Shown here one piece after another: positions 1-13,509 of a DNA stretch of 64,000 nt. The notes beneath the pieces were generated by a model that saw only the letters and a program-made list of their open reading frames with translations, was not told the origin of the DNA and searched no databases. A program made the position numbers and the translations under genes. This DNA is from Lingula anatina (Eukaryota; Animalia; Brachiopoda). The DNA lies in NCBI GenBank assembly GCA_051362555.1, contig CM120640.1:64210788-64274787 (forward strand). Direction: 5' to 3'. Position 1 is the first letter of the stretch; each line of letters begins with the position of its first letter.

Positions 1-479
1 AAGTTTTGTACAGATCATAGGAAAAGTCTGCCCATTAATATTTTGTTGACCTGTTTGGAAAATATATGCATTTTCTTTAGGATTAAATACAGGTGTGGCA
101 AATAAAATATAGTTGTATTTCATTACCTGTGATTTGTAGAACACATCTGAGGATGATACTTTTAAAGATGTTTAATGTTTAAAGAAAAGGCACGTAGATT
201 GATTTAGTAACATTAACTACAGGGATGTTAAATTAAGAGCGGACTGCCATTTGTTAGTGTGTTATTTCAATTATCTAGGTTTTGTACAGATTAAAGGAAA
301 AAATCTGCCCATTAATATTTAGTTGACCTTTTTGAAAATAGCATTTTCTTAAGGGTAAATTACAATTATAATTACACATGCCATACAAACAAACTGGCTG
401 CTTGGCCAATTAACTTCGTCAATTAACTTGCCCATTATGCTGTTAACAATACAAAGACACCATGGGGTCTGGGCCTGTG

Positions 480-494
480 ACACACACACACACG

Positions 495-525
<31 letters not shown>
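480..525. repeat. (CA)n microsatellite
   Basis: Directly visible; similar tracts near 5448, 24802 and 36436. Confidence 0.9.
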
Positions 526-762
526 TAGGAGTAGATTGGAGTAGGAACAAACGCTAAGTACTGCACAAGTGGCTTTTAAAGAGCATTTTCTGACCCTAAT
601 TTTGCATAAGTTAAGTGATGTTGTGGCAATGTCATTTCAAGTCGTGCTAGATATAGTATCTGGAATAAAATGCACTATTTAAAATGTAAATTAAAACATT
701 AGCTGGGGTTCATTAGCGACAACCTTTTTGCTAACTAGTGAATATCTAAACTCTAGAAATAC

Positions 763-957
763 CTTGATCAAACTGTAGATAGTCGACTGCTTTTTTGGGT
801 CGATTGGAGTAGATGTCTATCACTTCCATCACTGCCTTTCCGCGGAACAAACTAAAACAGCCAGGACTGCAGAGAACGCATCCTAGAACATGTTCCGCGC
901 TCTTCTGTAACCAGTGGCCAATGGCGTACTCGAACTTCTGGTACCATACCATAGGTC
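763..957 (-). CDS. CHS: CHS-A exon 7 (QKFEY...CSPGCF...DQG)
   Basis: cgtag/gtatt boundaries; 195 nt as in copies C and D. Confidence 0.92.
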
Positions 958-3900
958 CTACGATACATATAATGTTATTTCATAAAACCTAACAAATAAA
1001 AGGGATCTTTTTTTAGAAGGGGGGGGGGGGGCTTTATGTTGAGATGAATAAGACCCACTCATATATGTGTTCTCCGGCCTTCTTACCTGATTATCATTGG
1101 TCAGTTTATGTTGTGGTTGAATTGTTTTGTGGAGAAAATAAATAATTAAAGGGATAATAACTCTTCGTATGAGATCTATATTTCACAATAATAACATTGT
1201 AAACAACTCACAGAAATATAATTTATTTTGTTTTACCACAAAAAATGGCAATTATAGCTATAATTCTGATATCTGAGCCTGTCATCGGACCACGTGACCC
1301 CTAAAGATGGCTATACTCTGTTATAATCTCTTAAAAGATTATTACAAAAATATTAACTTTTTAGAAAAAAAGGGACTAACTCTGAATGTAGAAATGGATT
1401 CATAAACCATCGTTAAGTATGGGAAAATTGTTGTTTACTCCAGTTTACACTGTTATTATCCCTTTGATCCCACTCACTGAAATGCATACATATTAAGGTA
1501 TTTGAAAATCACGATAAAATATTTTACCGCTGCCGATTGGATGGATTCGTCCACAGGCAGCTCCCAGTTTCTTGTCTGACGCCATCTCTTTCACCAAGCT
1601 GGTCAAAGCATCTGCGCAGAAATCAACATCTCCGTCCAGAGCCAACAAATACACGTTGTCCAGGTCATTTTCATCGTGTTTTCTGTCTGGGTTTTCCGGC
1701 CTTGTGTTATACTGCAGCAGGTAGTACATGTACATCACCTGAAAAAATTGTCACAAGCTTTATCATGCATTTTAATGCATGCATGTTTTTCTTTGTATGA
1801 AAACGTTGTGACATTGTTTATCAAGGCACAAAAGATCTAGCAGCATTTCAACACCGTTACCTGGGTTCCTTTTCATGTTCACATAAAGCAGATGTTTAAA
1901 ATATGTTTTGTATTATATCATTATACTTTTAATCTTTACTAAAATTCAACAGATAATAAGAAATGATAAATCAACACCAGAAGACATTTTACCTGACTCC
2001 ATCTTTTTCTGTGTCGAATTTTATCTTTATCCTTTAAATGAACATACAAGGTAGTATTATTCATTTTAATTTCAAGTCTTCCACCATATGGCGTCCTGGT
2101 AACCTTAATGCAAGTTGCTGGGGTGCGTGTACTGTCTTCTACATTTGCCTTTTGTTCGGTTTGATTGAGTTCTTCATCAGGAGATTGCTGTGCTTTTCCG
2201 AATCCCCGAATGACTCTTTTCACAATTTCATGATCAACATCTTGCCTGTGATTAAAAAGGTACATGTAGAAGCTGCTTTCATCTTGAAAACATGTTCCCT
2301 TCTGTAAATTACATGAAGATCGAAAATTAACACTTTTAAGGGGTGATTTGTATTTGTTTTTAACAATTTCTTACCCGAATACGTCCTCACGTATTATTCG
2401 AAAAAAGCTATTCACGTAGTTGTTCACAGTCTTCCGTTTGTATGTTGTCTTTTTGACTTCTTCTTTGGTCGTCTCCGTGGTTTCAGTTGTGTACATGAAA
2501 GCATCGTCGAACATTATGTGTGTCTCGTAGTCGAAGATCGAATCTTCCTTTTTGACTGCGCTATCGAGTCTACAGATACGAAATTATATATCAAGGTTTT
2601 AATGTATAAAACGGGACATTGGATAAAGTTGTATCATCCGAATACGTTTAATATAAAAACGGTATGAAATCGCTATTTGCATAACAAATCTTAACTTGAA
2701 ATTCTGAAATGTAAAAATAATTTGATTAGCTCGTTACATTCTGCAGTCACGATTTTTTTTTAAACTTGCTTTAAAAAACAGTAAAGAATATGCCCCATTA
2801 TGTTACAACATACAACAACACATGAAATAATATTACAAACAACCAACCCCTAGTTACTGTAACTAAGGCAACTGGTTATACAGTATGCCGTTGTGATGAT
2901 AAAGTTTGAAAGCAAATCCGTTTTTAAATTGTTTCGATATTTTAATAATTAAAAATTAGTTAAATAATAAATCGTAATAATAATGTATCATAATAATTGT
3001 GGGAACAAAATATATGCATAAAAAGATAACAGAACGGTCTACCTTATAATGCTGGCAAGCATTTGTCTCATTTCAATCTCGGATTCATGCCACATGGTAC
3101 CACAAGCGTATACCATTGGTTTCTTTTTCTCTGATTGCTCACTGGAAGGGATGTGCGCAACATCTTCGACAGAATCAACGTTGCCCGCATCAACATCAAC
3201 GTCTTTTGGCAGTCGTCTACGAAACATGAACGACTGCTCTAGGAGAATACCACAGTACAGAGGCTGGACAAATATCCATTTCAGGGAGGGTATGGCAGTT
3301 TTTCCAAGGGCACTCCACACATGTCTATTCAGAAGAAGATGAGAGAGGAGAAGGGCGATATACAGTCCAATCTGGGTTCCAACATGCGAAGGATTGTGGG
3401 GATCACAGTTGGGCGATAGGCTGCCCACCAGCCATCTACGTATGACTCCCCCTAGTGTCTGGTCAGGAGTGTATTTCTCAATAAAAGCCGATGTCCCTTC
3501 ACTACACATCGGTATGAAAACACCAATAGCGGACACAATCATGGATATCACAACACAGACATAGCCGAACTTAGGAATGCCCATGGTGCATGTTAAGAAT
3601 ATGGATAGATAAGACAGCAAGGCAGCAAAACCTAGAATACAACCCACGCTTATTAAGGCCACTCTCTCTATTTCATCAAGGGACTGATCTGAGATTAAAA
3701 ATCTTTGAACGTCTTCTACGGAAAACCCGTTCCAGTTCAATATACCTAGTGCAAAGCACAAGGTAGCAATCATCTTAAAAAACAGAACGTAGGAATAAAT
3801 CAGCGACCTGTGTCTTCTCATTTCTGTTTTAAAGTTCTTGATAGGTACTGATATGTAATTCTTTGCATCAGTGTTGACAAAGTTTTCCCACCAACCGAAC

Positions 3901-5444
3901 GAAATTAGCAGAATCGCGACCGGTAAAGTCCAAACACTCGATGGCGCAAAGTTGCGAAGGCTTTGGGAATCCCAGTTCCAGTGAATGCAAATAAACACTA
4001 CGCATCCTAACTGAATCAATACCACCAATATGTCAAGCAAAATGTCGAAACTCTTTATTCCACGGGACTGTCTGTCGGATTTGATGTGAATAATCAGCAA
4101 TAGTAAAGCGGGGACAAGGCCCGTGGCATAGAATAAGGGCATGATGTCCAACGTATGGATTTCAAGAAGCGTTTTGAAAACGAATAAGCACATTCCACCC
4201 GAATGCAGGATTTCAGGAATGGAAGTCTGGAAAAGAACAAATTTCATTAAAAGTGTATATTCAATGACTCAACATTATATTGCATTCAAATTCCTACATA
4301 AACTACCCCATTTTCTTGTACTTTTAAATATCAGTTTATGCCACAAATAAATCATTAAAACAGTTGAAGCATTTTAGCACTCAGAGTGCAGACCTTCGCC
4401 GAGACAGCTCAATTTTCATTATAATTCATTTATTCATTAGTTTAAAATTCAATCGTATTATAAATGCTTGAATAAACAACTTCATCAATTATCTAAACGC
4501 TTACTATTAATTTGTCTACCAGTACAAATTAATTTATCAAGTAATGGATCAATTAATCAATCATCACCAAAATCATTTTTATGTTTTTGACATTATCATG
4601 GTAATCGACAAACGATATTAAAATCAACTGATTAATTCATTTATTAATGGATCACCATCAAAATCAATCTAATGGTTTGGTACTTGTCTCCCTCCCGACA
4701 GTTTCTGAAAATTTATTATAGGGATAACAACTGTTCGTAAGATATCCCTATTTCACAATAAATACATTGTAGATAACTCATAGAAATACAATAAATTCTA
4801 TTATACCACCAAAATGGCGGTTAACACAATAATTTTAGAAAAAAACTTTTTTTACAAAAACAAAAACAAAAAAAAAAAAAAAAACAAAAAAAACAAAAAA
4901 AAAAAAACAGGGACTAATTTTGAATGTGGGAATGGATTCATTTACTATTGATGAGTATGGGAAAATTGTCCTTTACCCCAGGAAAATTCATTTTTTGGCC
5001 AAAATAAACAGTTGTTAACCCTTTAAAATCTATCTAAGCTTTCTCCATAATTTTGTTAACAGAAAATCAATTATAAAGTATTCATTTATCATTTATCAAG
5101 CAATGAATCACCACCAAAATCTAAACGTTTCTAAATGTCCTAAAAACCCGTTCACAACGTTTTTTTTCCATAATACATGTGACAACCAAAAACATGCACC
5201 AGATATTGGATAGCAAAAATGTCCGCATTCAATGAACATTTTTGTGCTTGAGAAGGAAGCAGGCTGCATAACAAATTCAGTTGCGCCGATGTACGTTACA
5301 GTAAGGAGTCACCTGATACATGTTACAGTGACAACAAATAGGACTAAGAATGTATTTTGAAGTTCCTTATCAAAGACCCTTTGGGCCTCCCACCAAGCGT
5401 ATTTACAACCACAGCAGTCACATTCCCTTTACAAGAAAATGGGT

Positions 5445-5486
<42 letters not shown>

Positions 5487-8400
5487 TATAACTTTGTTAT
5501 CCAACTTCATATACTTTATAACTTTGTAACCCCCTCGTTATAATTTCCCTTTGGCAGGGAAACAGACGCAAACATTTGGACTCGGTTCGCTCGAGGCTCT
5601 TGCCCCACTCCAACACACACACACACACATAGATACACAAACCGATAACTACGTGTATAATCAAATATTAGTTCGTTTCTACGACTTCAGAAGTAAATGT
5701 CAAATCTTATCGATAGACCGATAAGAATATTGTCACGGTGTTTACAAGGCCTATTTTACACAAACTAAAAGATGAATATGAAGTAAAGAAAATGAAAATG
5801 CACCTGTCTGTCTGTCTATGCATGTATGAGAATAAGAATAAGATTGTAGTTCCCATTTTTGCACGACAGAAATCTATTTCACATCGCATTATATCATGGC
5901 CATATCCAAAATCTTTTGATCTAAACGCCTGTTGCTATCAACAAAGAGGTCAAGTTGTTAGTAACGTTTATACAGATGTGTGTGTTTCATAACGTGAAAA
6001 AAAAGTAGTCGATAAACTCGACCTGGATACAAGAAAAGATCGAATGTGGCATATAGGATCGTTTCCCCCCTGAAGCCGAATGAAGGAGATGTACACACAC
6101 ACAAATCGAGGAAAACCGAGGCTGTAATGACACGATGAACTTGATCCAGGATGCGTGGCGGGAATGCCATATAGCAATATATATACTTACAAATTTTTTT
6201 CTTAAATTAAAACAGGAATGAAATGAAAAAAAAAAAAAAATTATACAGTAGTTTTTTTCGAAACGGAAAACAAAATAGGATGATCTCTTATTCCTTGAGC
6301 CATTCTATATACATGTACCACCCAAACCCAGTATAGAGGTGCATTTCACATGCTGAAGTGTCCAAAAAATAAAATTGAATGAATTCAAAGCTGTATTCAA
6401 ATCTTAAAACATATATGTGTATGAAACAAAAATCCACGACTGTCTCAGTTTTAATTAAATTTTTAATTTTCATCATGTGTTGACATTATGTAAAGAGCCC
6501 TAAATGGTAACGTATGTTCCGGTAACTTAGTGTTCCGAGTCATATGATTTTAATTTTTATAACGCGTTCCGATACATTTTCTAGTGATTCAGTAATGGTT
6601 AATTATACATGACGTAAGGATATTTTTATAAATGTTTAAACTGTAACTCTAGGGGCTTTGCGTCATGGCTAATACTACGTAACGTATTATCCCCCCAAAA
6701 CATTCAGAAAGTTGCTGACCGAAAAATATATGTGATTCCATGATAGTTTGACGTTTCTGATATAATATTAATATCCTGAGTGAAAAAATAGTTTATTTAA
6801 TGCTTAATTTACTGTCGGTAGAGTGTATTTTTCCCGCTTTTTTTAATATTCAGTGACAAGCAAACTAAACAATTAACTGAAGATCAAAACCAGTGATGAT
6901 TAAATTTTCAAAGTGAATAAACTGTTTCCCAGCTGGACGTTTTGCATTTGTGACAGTAACGTGTGTTCCCCCCTTTTTTTTTTTTTTTTTTTTTGGGGGG
7001 GGGGGGAGGGGGGTTAGGCGATGAATTATTCTTATTATTCATGGTTCCAGGAGAGTGAAACTTTGAAACAAACTTCTTCATGTGGAACCCTAAAAACCAA
7101 ACACAGTTTGCAATCTGTGAACTAAGTATTTCTAAGAGCACGACTGTGACTTCCTTTGCACCTCTATATTGGACTTGGTTGCTACATGTGAGTTCAAACA
7201 TGAAAACCGGCAAACTGATACAGCAATGAACAAATATATGGGTCAAATGGCAAATTAGATAAGTTCGTCTGTGAAATCACAAAGAAAGATGAGACATACA
7301 TATGCCGTTACATTTGATTTCTGTTGATCTGACAAAAAAAAAAAACTTACGCATTGTAAAGTAAATATGTATACAAGCACGCATTTCTTTATCGAATCTT
7401 AATGAATGTATTCACGAAATTAGATTTAAAAGTATAAAAAAGGTAAATTTGCTGAAAAGAGAAAAGCCCTCTTGTTATAGTAGTTTCGATGTTTACATCA
7501 TACATATCGGAATATGTGTGCTGGAGATATGTGTCTTTTATCTGCTGTATAAATTTACATGAGAAACTTCTCTTATTGAATTCAACCCTGCCCCCTTGCA
7601 TCTGGAATCAATCATTAAGTGAGAATGAAATCGGCCATATTTTGGTTCTATGAAACGGGAAAGACGCATATAATTTGTTTTATGATCAGTTTATGAGCAC
7701 TTTGTCAAATTATGAAGAAAATTTAGAAAAGGACAGATTGTTATATATACAAAATTAAACCATACTTACAAGAACAATGAGAGAAATAATTCTCTTTGCA
7801 AATGCTCCAAGCGGCATTTTTTTATCCTCAGATACGTAGCCTTCAGTCAATTGGTCAGAGAAGTCCTGTGCCATGAATTTTGTTCCTTTTTTACGAGCTG
7901 ATTGAAAGCAGGCGGATGAAACAGATCCAATAAATCCCAGAACAACGGGTGCAAGCATACTCCCGAGCAACAGACAGTACCATCTAAGTTTCTCGGCTTT
8001 TTCATCATCAAAGGTTGTCAAGTTCGTCGCTTTAGAAGCTGTGGAATGATTAGACGCATATGTCCTGTTTTCTTTTATTTTCGAAATGGATACAACGATG
8101 AGAATTCTGTTGGAAGCAACACCAGCGATAATGATGACAAGAGTAACTATGCCAAACAGGAGCAGAGAAATTACTGAGCAGCATTTGTCCACGGTACTTT
8201 CTTCGTCGTCGGGTTGTTTTCGCTTCTTCGGTTTCTTCCGAAATACACGAAAGTCGTACGCCTTTCTAAATTACAAAACAGGGATATATGTTATCATCCA
8301 GACAGTTGTTTATTTCTCATAAACATAATAAAATTTAAATTTTAACATATTTAATCTTGCACCCAGGATCAGATTGTTATTTTTTTTAAAAAATTATCTA

Positions 8401-8888
8401 TGTTTTTGTAACACTTATAATGTTCCCGATATTCATGGGAGCGGGCAAAGGGTTTCGAACAATATGTTAATAAAGGAGATGTTTGTTGGAGGAGGAACAC
8501 TTTCAAGAGTCTGTACATATTTATTTTTCAGGAAAGTTAAATTTTGAAGACATTGAATAGGAACTTAATGATGCACATCTTGCCATTTCTTTCAAATCAT
8601 GAGTAGAAATAATCCACAGACAAACTGTGTTATTTTAGCTAAACGGATTGATGTCAAGTTTTTTGGATTTTAACTGATCCCCAGAGTTGTTTAATACATT
8701 TAACATTCAATTTTCACTCGTTTTACATACATTTCTATTTACTACCACTATCGTATCAGCTTTCGTTTACTGTGGGACAGACTTTGTCTTTATACTTACG
8801 TAGTAGCAGTAGTGCCGGTTCCCTCGGTTATAGACACTGTGGAGTTGTCTTCACCTACACCCCCCTGGGTACGGTCCTCATCAGACAT
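763..8888 (-). CDS. CHS: Chitin synthase paralog A (3'-partial; remaining exons lie before window start)
   Basis: Exons 8888-8800, 8265-7770, 4226-3043, 2569-2375, 2245-1993, 1738-1528, 957-763, all GT-AG with matching phases. Motifs GWWENF, CGTMWHE, FDDAF, TPYGGRL, HLKDKDKIRHRKRWSQVMY, DGDVDF, GRIHP, WYQKFEYAIGHWLQKSAEHVLGCVLCSPGCFSLFR, QFDQG. Confidence 0.93.
1146..1467. mobile_element. MITE family Y (TTAA-flanked, Kolobok/Crypton-like), copy 1
   Basis: TTAAAGGGATAATAAC...GTTATTATCCCTTTGA inverted ends; body alignable with 4716-5026 and 53422-53766. Confidence 0.75.
1528..1738 (-). CDS. CHS: CHS-A exon 6 (DGDVDF, GRIHP)
   Basis: ttcag/gtaaa boundaries; DxD motif. Confidence 0.92.
1993..2245 (-). 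CDS. CHS: CHS-A exon 5 (TPYGGRL...KRWSQ)
   Basis: cacag/gtaaa boundaries; conserved CHS motifs. Confidence 0.9.
2375..2569 (-). CDS. CHS: CHS-A exon 4 (YETHIMFDDAF)
   Basis: ctgtag/gtaag boundaries, phase 2-2; FDDAF and VNNYV motifs. Confidence 0.88.
3043..4226 (-). CDS. CHS: CHS-A exon 3 (multi-TM domain to CGTMWHE)
   Basis: 402-aa ORF; ttccag acceptor, AG/gtag donor; GWWENF and CGTMWHE motifs. Confidence 0.93.
4358..5160 (+). mobile_element. Probable non-autonomous Helentron-like (HINE) remnant
   Basis: GCACTCAGAGTGCAGACCTTCGCCGAG start resembles the inverted motif at ~22945-22992; boundaries uncertain; MITE Y nested inside. Confidence 0.35.
4716..5026. mobile_element. MITE family Y copy 2
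   Basis: AGGGATAACAACTG...CAGTTGTTAACCCTTTAA ends; homologous body with an internal deletion. Confidence 0.7.
6319..7181 (+). mobile_element. MITE family X (CAC...GTG ends, 4-bp TSD; Chapaev/CMC-like), copy 1
   Basis: TIR CACCCAAACCCARTATAGAGGTGCA; body homologous to 14968-15924 and 23005-23886. Confidence 0.8.
7770..8265 (-). CDS. CHS: CHS-A exon 2 (N-terminal TM helices)
   Basis: tttag acceptor, gtaagt donor; hydrophobic segments; paralogous to 35508-36012. Confidence 0.87.
8800..8888 (-). CDS. CHS: CHS-A exon 1 (MSDEDRTQGGVGEDN...)
   Basis: ATG with an in-frame TAG two codons upstream; gtaagt donor, phase 2 fits exon 2; homologous exon in copies B and C. Confidence 0.8.
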
Positions 8889-10399
8889 TGTCTACGATGT
8901 CACCACCTGGTACTTTGGAGTGCCTTAAATGTTTCTTATTGTTTACTTTTAAGACAATTTTTACTTTAATTACGGTCACCATGAAATGCCAACACTGTTA
9001 TGAACGCTGCTGTAATAACCGCTTTGCACATATCCAGTTATCAAAAGTGACGAGGTAAATTAAAAATGTCAGGCTTAGATAAGATATTCTTATATCCTGT
9101 TTACATGTATATTAACAGCTCAGACAACTTTGTTTGCCCTTGCAAACCAGGTACCCAAAGTCCGCAACGTGGGGTGTTTATCTGTCAAGCACCTGGATGT
9201 TATCTGATATAGTTAGATAAATTTATTAAAACCTGCCAAGGACTTCCTATTACCTTCATTGATTAACTGAGTGATCGATTGATTGCTCGAACACTATATA
9301 GATATTGTTTATGATCAATGAATTTAATAAAAAAGTTAATTTAGTATTCTAGTTTGTCTATTAGCAAAATTATGCTAAAATTAAGGATGGATTTTGATGA
9401 CTTTTCCATGATAGGTCATACATGGGCTACATTTTGGTTGTGTTTTTAAAACTAATAATAATAACGATTATTTTTATTTATTTTATTTATTTATTTTTAT
9501 TTTTATTATTATTTTTTTTTTTTGCAACCCGAAGATTGAGGTAGTACGATTTTAAACAAGAAAATTAAACTTAATAGACTCAGGTAAGAGCTTACATGTA
9601 CCGGTACATGTATAACTGAAGAGAGCTATTTGTGAAAGATGTCTTAAAACGATCAGTTTTAAATATTGGATCTTTAAATGTTTTGTTCTCTTTTATGATC
9701 GTATCTTTTTATCATGCAAGCAATGGCCCAGTTTACACTATTCTGAATTTTGAAATAAAATCCCATCCCTTACTTAGAGTTGTCTTTCTTTGTTATAAGA
9801 TGTCGAGTTTACCCACCTCTAGTAACAGGACTTGCTGATGACTTAAACCTGGGTAGCCTGTAAAATCAACATTACAGTCAATGTGTAGTTTGCTGTATTC
9901 ACGCGCCTTTTCATTATAAAAAGTGCGCCTACTGAATCTGCATAGTTCTAGTGCTACAGAGTATTTACAGAGTATTAATCTTATGAACAACTATAGACTC
10001 TGGCGTTATCGCTTTTACCTTTTTGAAGCACAAAAAGTAGGGTTCACAAAAGTTAAAGGTGTCCAGCGTAAAGATTTCTTGCAAATAACTTGAATTTTTC
10101 CGGTTAAACTGGGTATTACTAACCAACCTTTCATTTTACACTAATACAATTACACTTCGCCAGGAGTTCATAAATCAAATTATTTTAGTGAAATTAATTC
10201 ATCACTTGTATTTGGTAATAAAAGGTATAAAAGAAACACTTGTTCAGCAAAAACTTGTTTATGTACTTAAGTGTGAATAAAACATTACTTTTTGTCTCTT
10301 TAGTGCACACAACTCTGCAGGAATACCGAAATGTCAGAGGCGCATTTACCTGTACTTGTACTACACATCATCGCGCAATCATCATTTGCATCACATAAT

Positions 10400-10401
<2 letters not shown>

Positions 10402-10453
<52 letters not shown>
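10402..10453. repeat. (TA)n microsatellite
   Basis: Directly visible; another at 49375-49423. Confidence 0.9.
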
Positions 10454-10456
<3 letters not shown>

Positions 10457-11504
10457 CCCATATTCACCTTGTTCAACACACCTGTTGTTATAGCAAGTGA
10501 GGTGATAAACGTGGCTAAAAACAAATGTGGCCATTGTGAGGATTGAAATGTACCGGTAACTAACCTTGTGTCTAAATTCGCTATAAGAAACCGTGTTGTT
10601 TAAAGGCATAATACATACAACATCTTTGTTATCAGTTTTGAGATCCTTTGAACGAGTCCTGGGCGGTATATACACCGTCCATATCCATTTATCTGGCCCT
10701 ATACGTGACACTGCCTTGGGCGAAACCCTAAATGGAGATTTTACGTTTATAAAAGTGAACAAAACGGTAATAAGCCGTTTTGTTGTTCGTTCATTGTATT
10801 TTTTCTTCCCCCTTTTTTCTTTTTTTGTGTTTTGTTCACTTGCATTATAGTGAGTTGCCGCAGGTTCCAGCATATTCGAAGCCATGAATGCATGTGTTTA
10901 TCTATTGACATGTTAGATGTAGGGTCTGTGGAACTGGGATACTGTGTACTAGAACATTATTTGCGGCCAACTCAGTCTATAAGGTGTCACTCGATATCGT
11001 TTCGAACCATTTCCATTTTCGCGAGTGTAATTTCTGCTTAGAGATTTCGCTGAAAGATGTATAAATTAATATATATTTGAGGGCCGTTAACCACACTTAA
11101 TGTGCAAAATTTTCGTAAGTCGTCAGTAAAAAGCATAACACTTTGTCCTTTGGGAACAATACGTACCTTGAAAATAGGAAGGACTGTATTGCGTTTAACT
11201 CTGACGCCTGACTTTGGCGGTTTAGACTAGACAGTACAGGTGTAATTATTTTTTCTTTTTTTTTTCGCGACAATCTACACGTATTCTCGGTATGACATTG
11301 CATTATGATAGGCAAATGTATGACAGTTTGTTTCAGGGTGGTCGTCCTATAAAACCAATGGGCCGTGAAATTGATAGAGGGCGTTTTAGTCAGAAAAGAT
11401 GCAAAAAGAAAATGGCATTTTAGACTTGTTTTCTATATTTGATCGGTAATTACGTAAATTCACAGGCAACCTGAATCTCAAAAATCTATGAATCAACCAA
11501 CAAT

Positions 11505-12062
11505 ATTGCTCTCAATAAAGTAATTGATTTTGAAGGTAAAGGAACAATCATTTCATAATGATGATTGCAACTTTTCTATGCTCTCGCGGCAAATTTTACT
11601 GTTTTTGTACCATGGCCCATAGGAGCTTACGCGTGCGTCTTTTAGACGCCCCTTTACATGCGAAAACGACATGCACCGTGTCTATCTCGTATGTTATTAC
11701 TCCCTATAGCAGCGGAATTGACAAGGCCCATGCCGCATTCGTCTTTTACTACAGAGCTTTGAGCCCCAAAAATGACACTGTCGGCAACATTGCTCTCAAT
11801 AAAGTAATTGATTTTGAAGGTAAAGGAACAATCATTTCATAATGATGATTGCAACTTTTCTATGCTCTCGCGGCAAATTTTACTGTTTTTGTACCATGGC
11901 CCATAGGAGCTTACGCGTGCGTCTTTTAGACGCCCCTTTACATGCGAAAACGACATGCACCGTGTCTATCTCGTATGTTATTACTCCCTATAGCAGCGGA
12001 ATTGACAAGGCCCATGCCGCATTCGTCTTTTACTACAGAGCTTTGAGCCCCAAAAATGACAT
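11505..12062. repeat. Near-perfect tandem duplication, 284-bp period
   Basis: Identical ORF starts at 11558 and 11842; the copies look identical by eye. Confidence 0.9.
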
Positions 12063-12260
12063 GGCTGTGTTTGTTTCGCCACTTACTGAACTCCATAGAT
12101 GCGAGATTGACACTACCCATGTCGCGTTCGTCTCTTACTGCGGATATTTGAGCTTCAAATGGCTATGTTGTAAAAGGCAATCTTGCATTTATTAAAGCCA
12201 GCAAGTTACGAAATAAGCATGACTATGTCAATTTCGTGTTTTATAAGATGCAGAGTATAA

Positions 12261-12517
12261 GGCTTCGTTCACATGCAATGTCTATTTTCTAATTTCTATT
12301 TTCTATTTGCGCTATCTTATGATCACGGTCTGTGCCCTAAATATCCCGCCGCGTAATTACTGGCAGCGCGAGCCAGTTACTTATAGTAACTTATAGTAAC
12401 TGGCTCGCGCTGCCAGTAATTACGCCGCGGGATATTCAGGCCACAGACCGTGATCATAAGACATACCGCAAATAGAAAATAGAATTTAGAAAATAGACAT
12501 TGCATGTGAACGAAGCC
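12261..12517. mobile_element. Fully palindromic MITE, PIF/Harbinger-like
   Basis: GGCTTCGTTCACATGCAATG...CATTGCATGTGAACGAAGCC, ~120-bp arms, TAA on both sides (12258-60, 12518-20). Confidence 0.85.
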
Positions 12518-12520
12518 TAA

Positions 12521-12734
12521 GACCCCATTCCCAGAGATTAGATCGATCTACTTAAGATCGACCTAACTCCCTGGGGGTTCACGCTAAATGCTGTCAGCCG
12601 AGCGGGCACGAAAGTTAATTACCCCCTTACAGCTTGTAAGAGGCGGGACGGACATTTAAGCCGGATTATCTAACAGTAACCTAGTGAGACTCCCCGCGGG
12701 GATAGATCGATCTAAAAGCTCTGGGAATACGCCC
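12521..12734 (+). mobile_element. Harbinger-like MITE family W, copy 1
   Basis: ATTCCCAGAG...CTCTGGGAAT inverted subtermini, TWA flanks; homologous to 13296-13509. Confidence 0.75.
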
Positions 12735-13295
12735 TTAGTAGAAAAATGCAGCGTACATGTATGTCATGTCAATTTCGCATCTATGGGCCTCAGTGAATGA
12801 CGAACAAGACATGACCGTGTGGATTTCGAGTTTTTATTACATAGCCATTTCAAGCTTAAAGAGACGAACGCGACATGGGTTGTGTCAAACTCGCATCTAT
12901 GCACTTCAGTAAGTGGCGAAACAGACTCAGCCATGTCATTTTCGGGTCTCATTGAAGCAAAGTAGTAAAAGACGAACGCGGCATAGACCTTGTCAGTTCC
13001 GCTGCTATAGGGCTTAATAACATACGAAATAGACGTGGTCAGGCCTACCCAACTACCAGACTCGGCACATAAGGATCCTAAATTAACTGGTATATCGGAC
13101 CACACTATCCGTTCTCAAGGTGTGTGTCAGATCGCATTTCGGAGTATCACACCCCAGAACAAATTTTGTAGGACGACCACGGGCTCAAGCACGCTCGGCT
13201 GTCCACCTTGATTGGATAATAAACGATTGTCGTAAAATCGCTATATGATTTTAAAACCGGGTGAATAAATTTGAAAACCACCTAGAACAACCTTA

Positions 13296-13509
13296 GGGTG
13301 TATTCCCAGAGATTTAGATCGATCTAGGGATTAAGATTTAGATCGACCTAAATCCCTGGGGGTTCAAGCTAAATTGCAGTCAACCGAGCGCGCACCATAG
13401 TTAATTACCCCCTTACAGCGGGACAGACGCTTAAGCTGGCTAAGCTGACAGTAATCTAGTGAGACTCCCCACAGGGATAGATCGATCTAAATTCTGTGGA
13501 AATGGGGTC
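13296..13509 (+). mobile_element. Harbinger-like MITE family W, copy 2
   Basis: TTA target duplication on both sides; body alignable to 12521-12734. Confidence 0.75.

Noticed and set aside
11558-13105. Three similar ORFs (MMIATFLCSR..., ISYVI.PYSSG) suggesting a small gene family
   Set aside because: They are translations of a tandem and inverted non-coding repeat; no splice signals or protein-like conservation.
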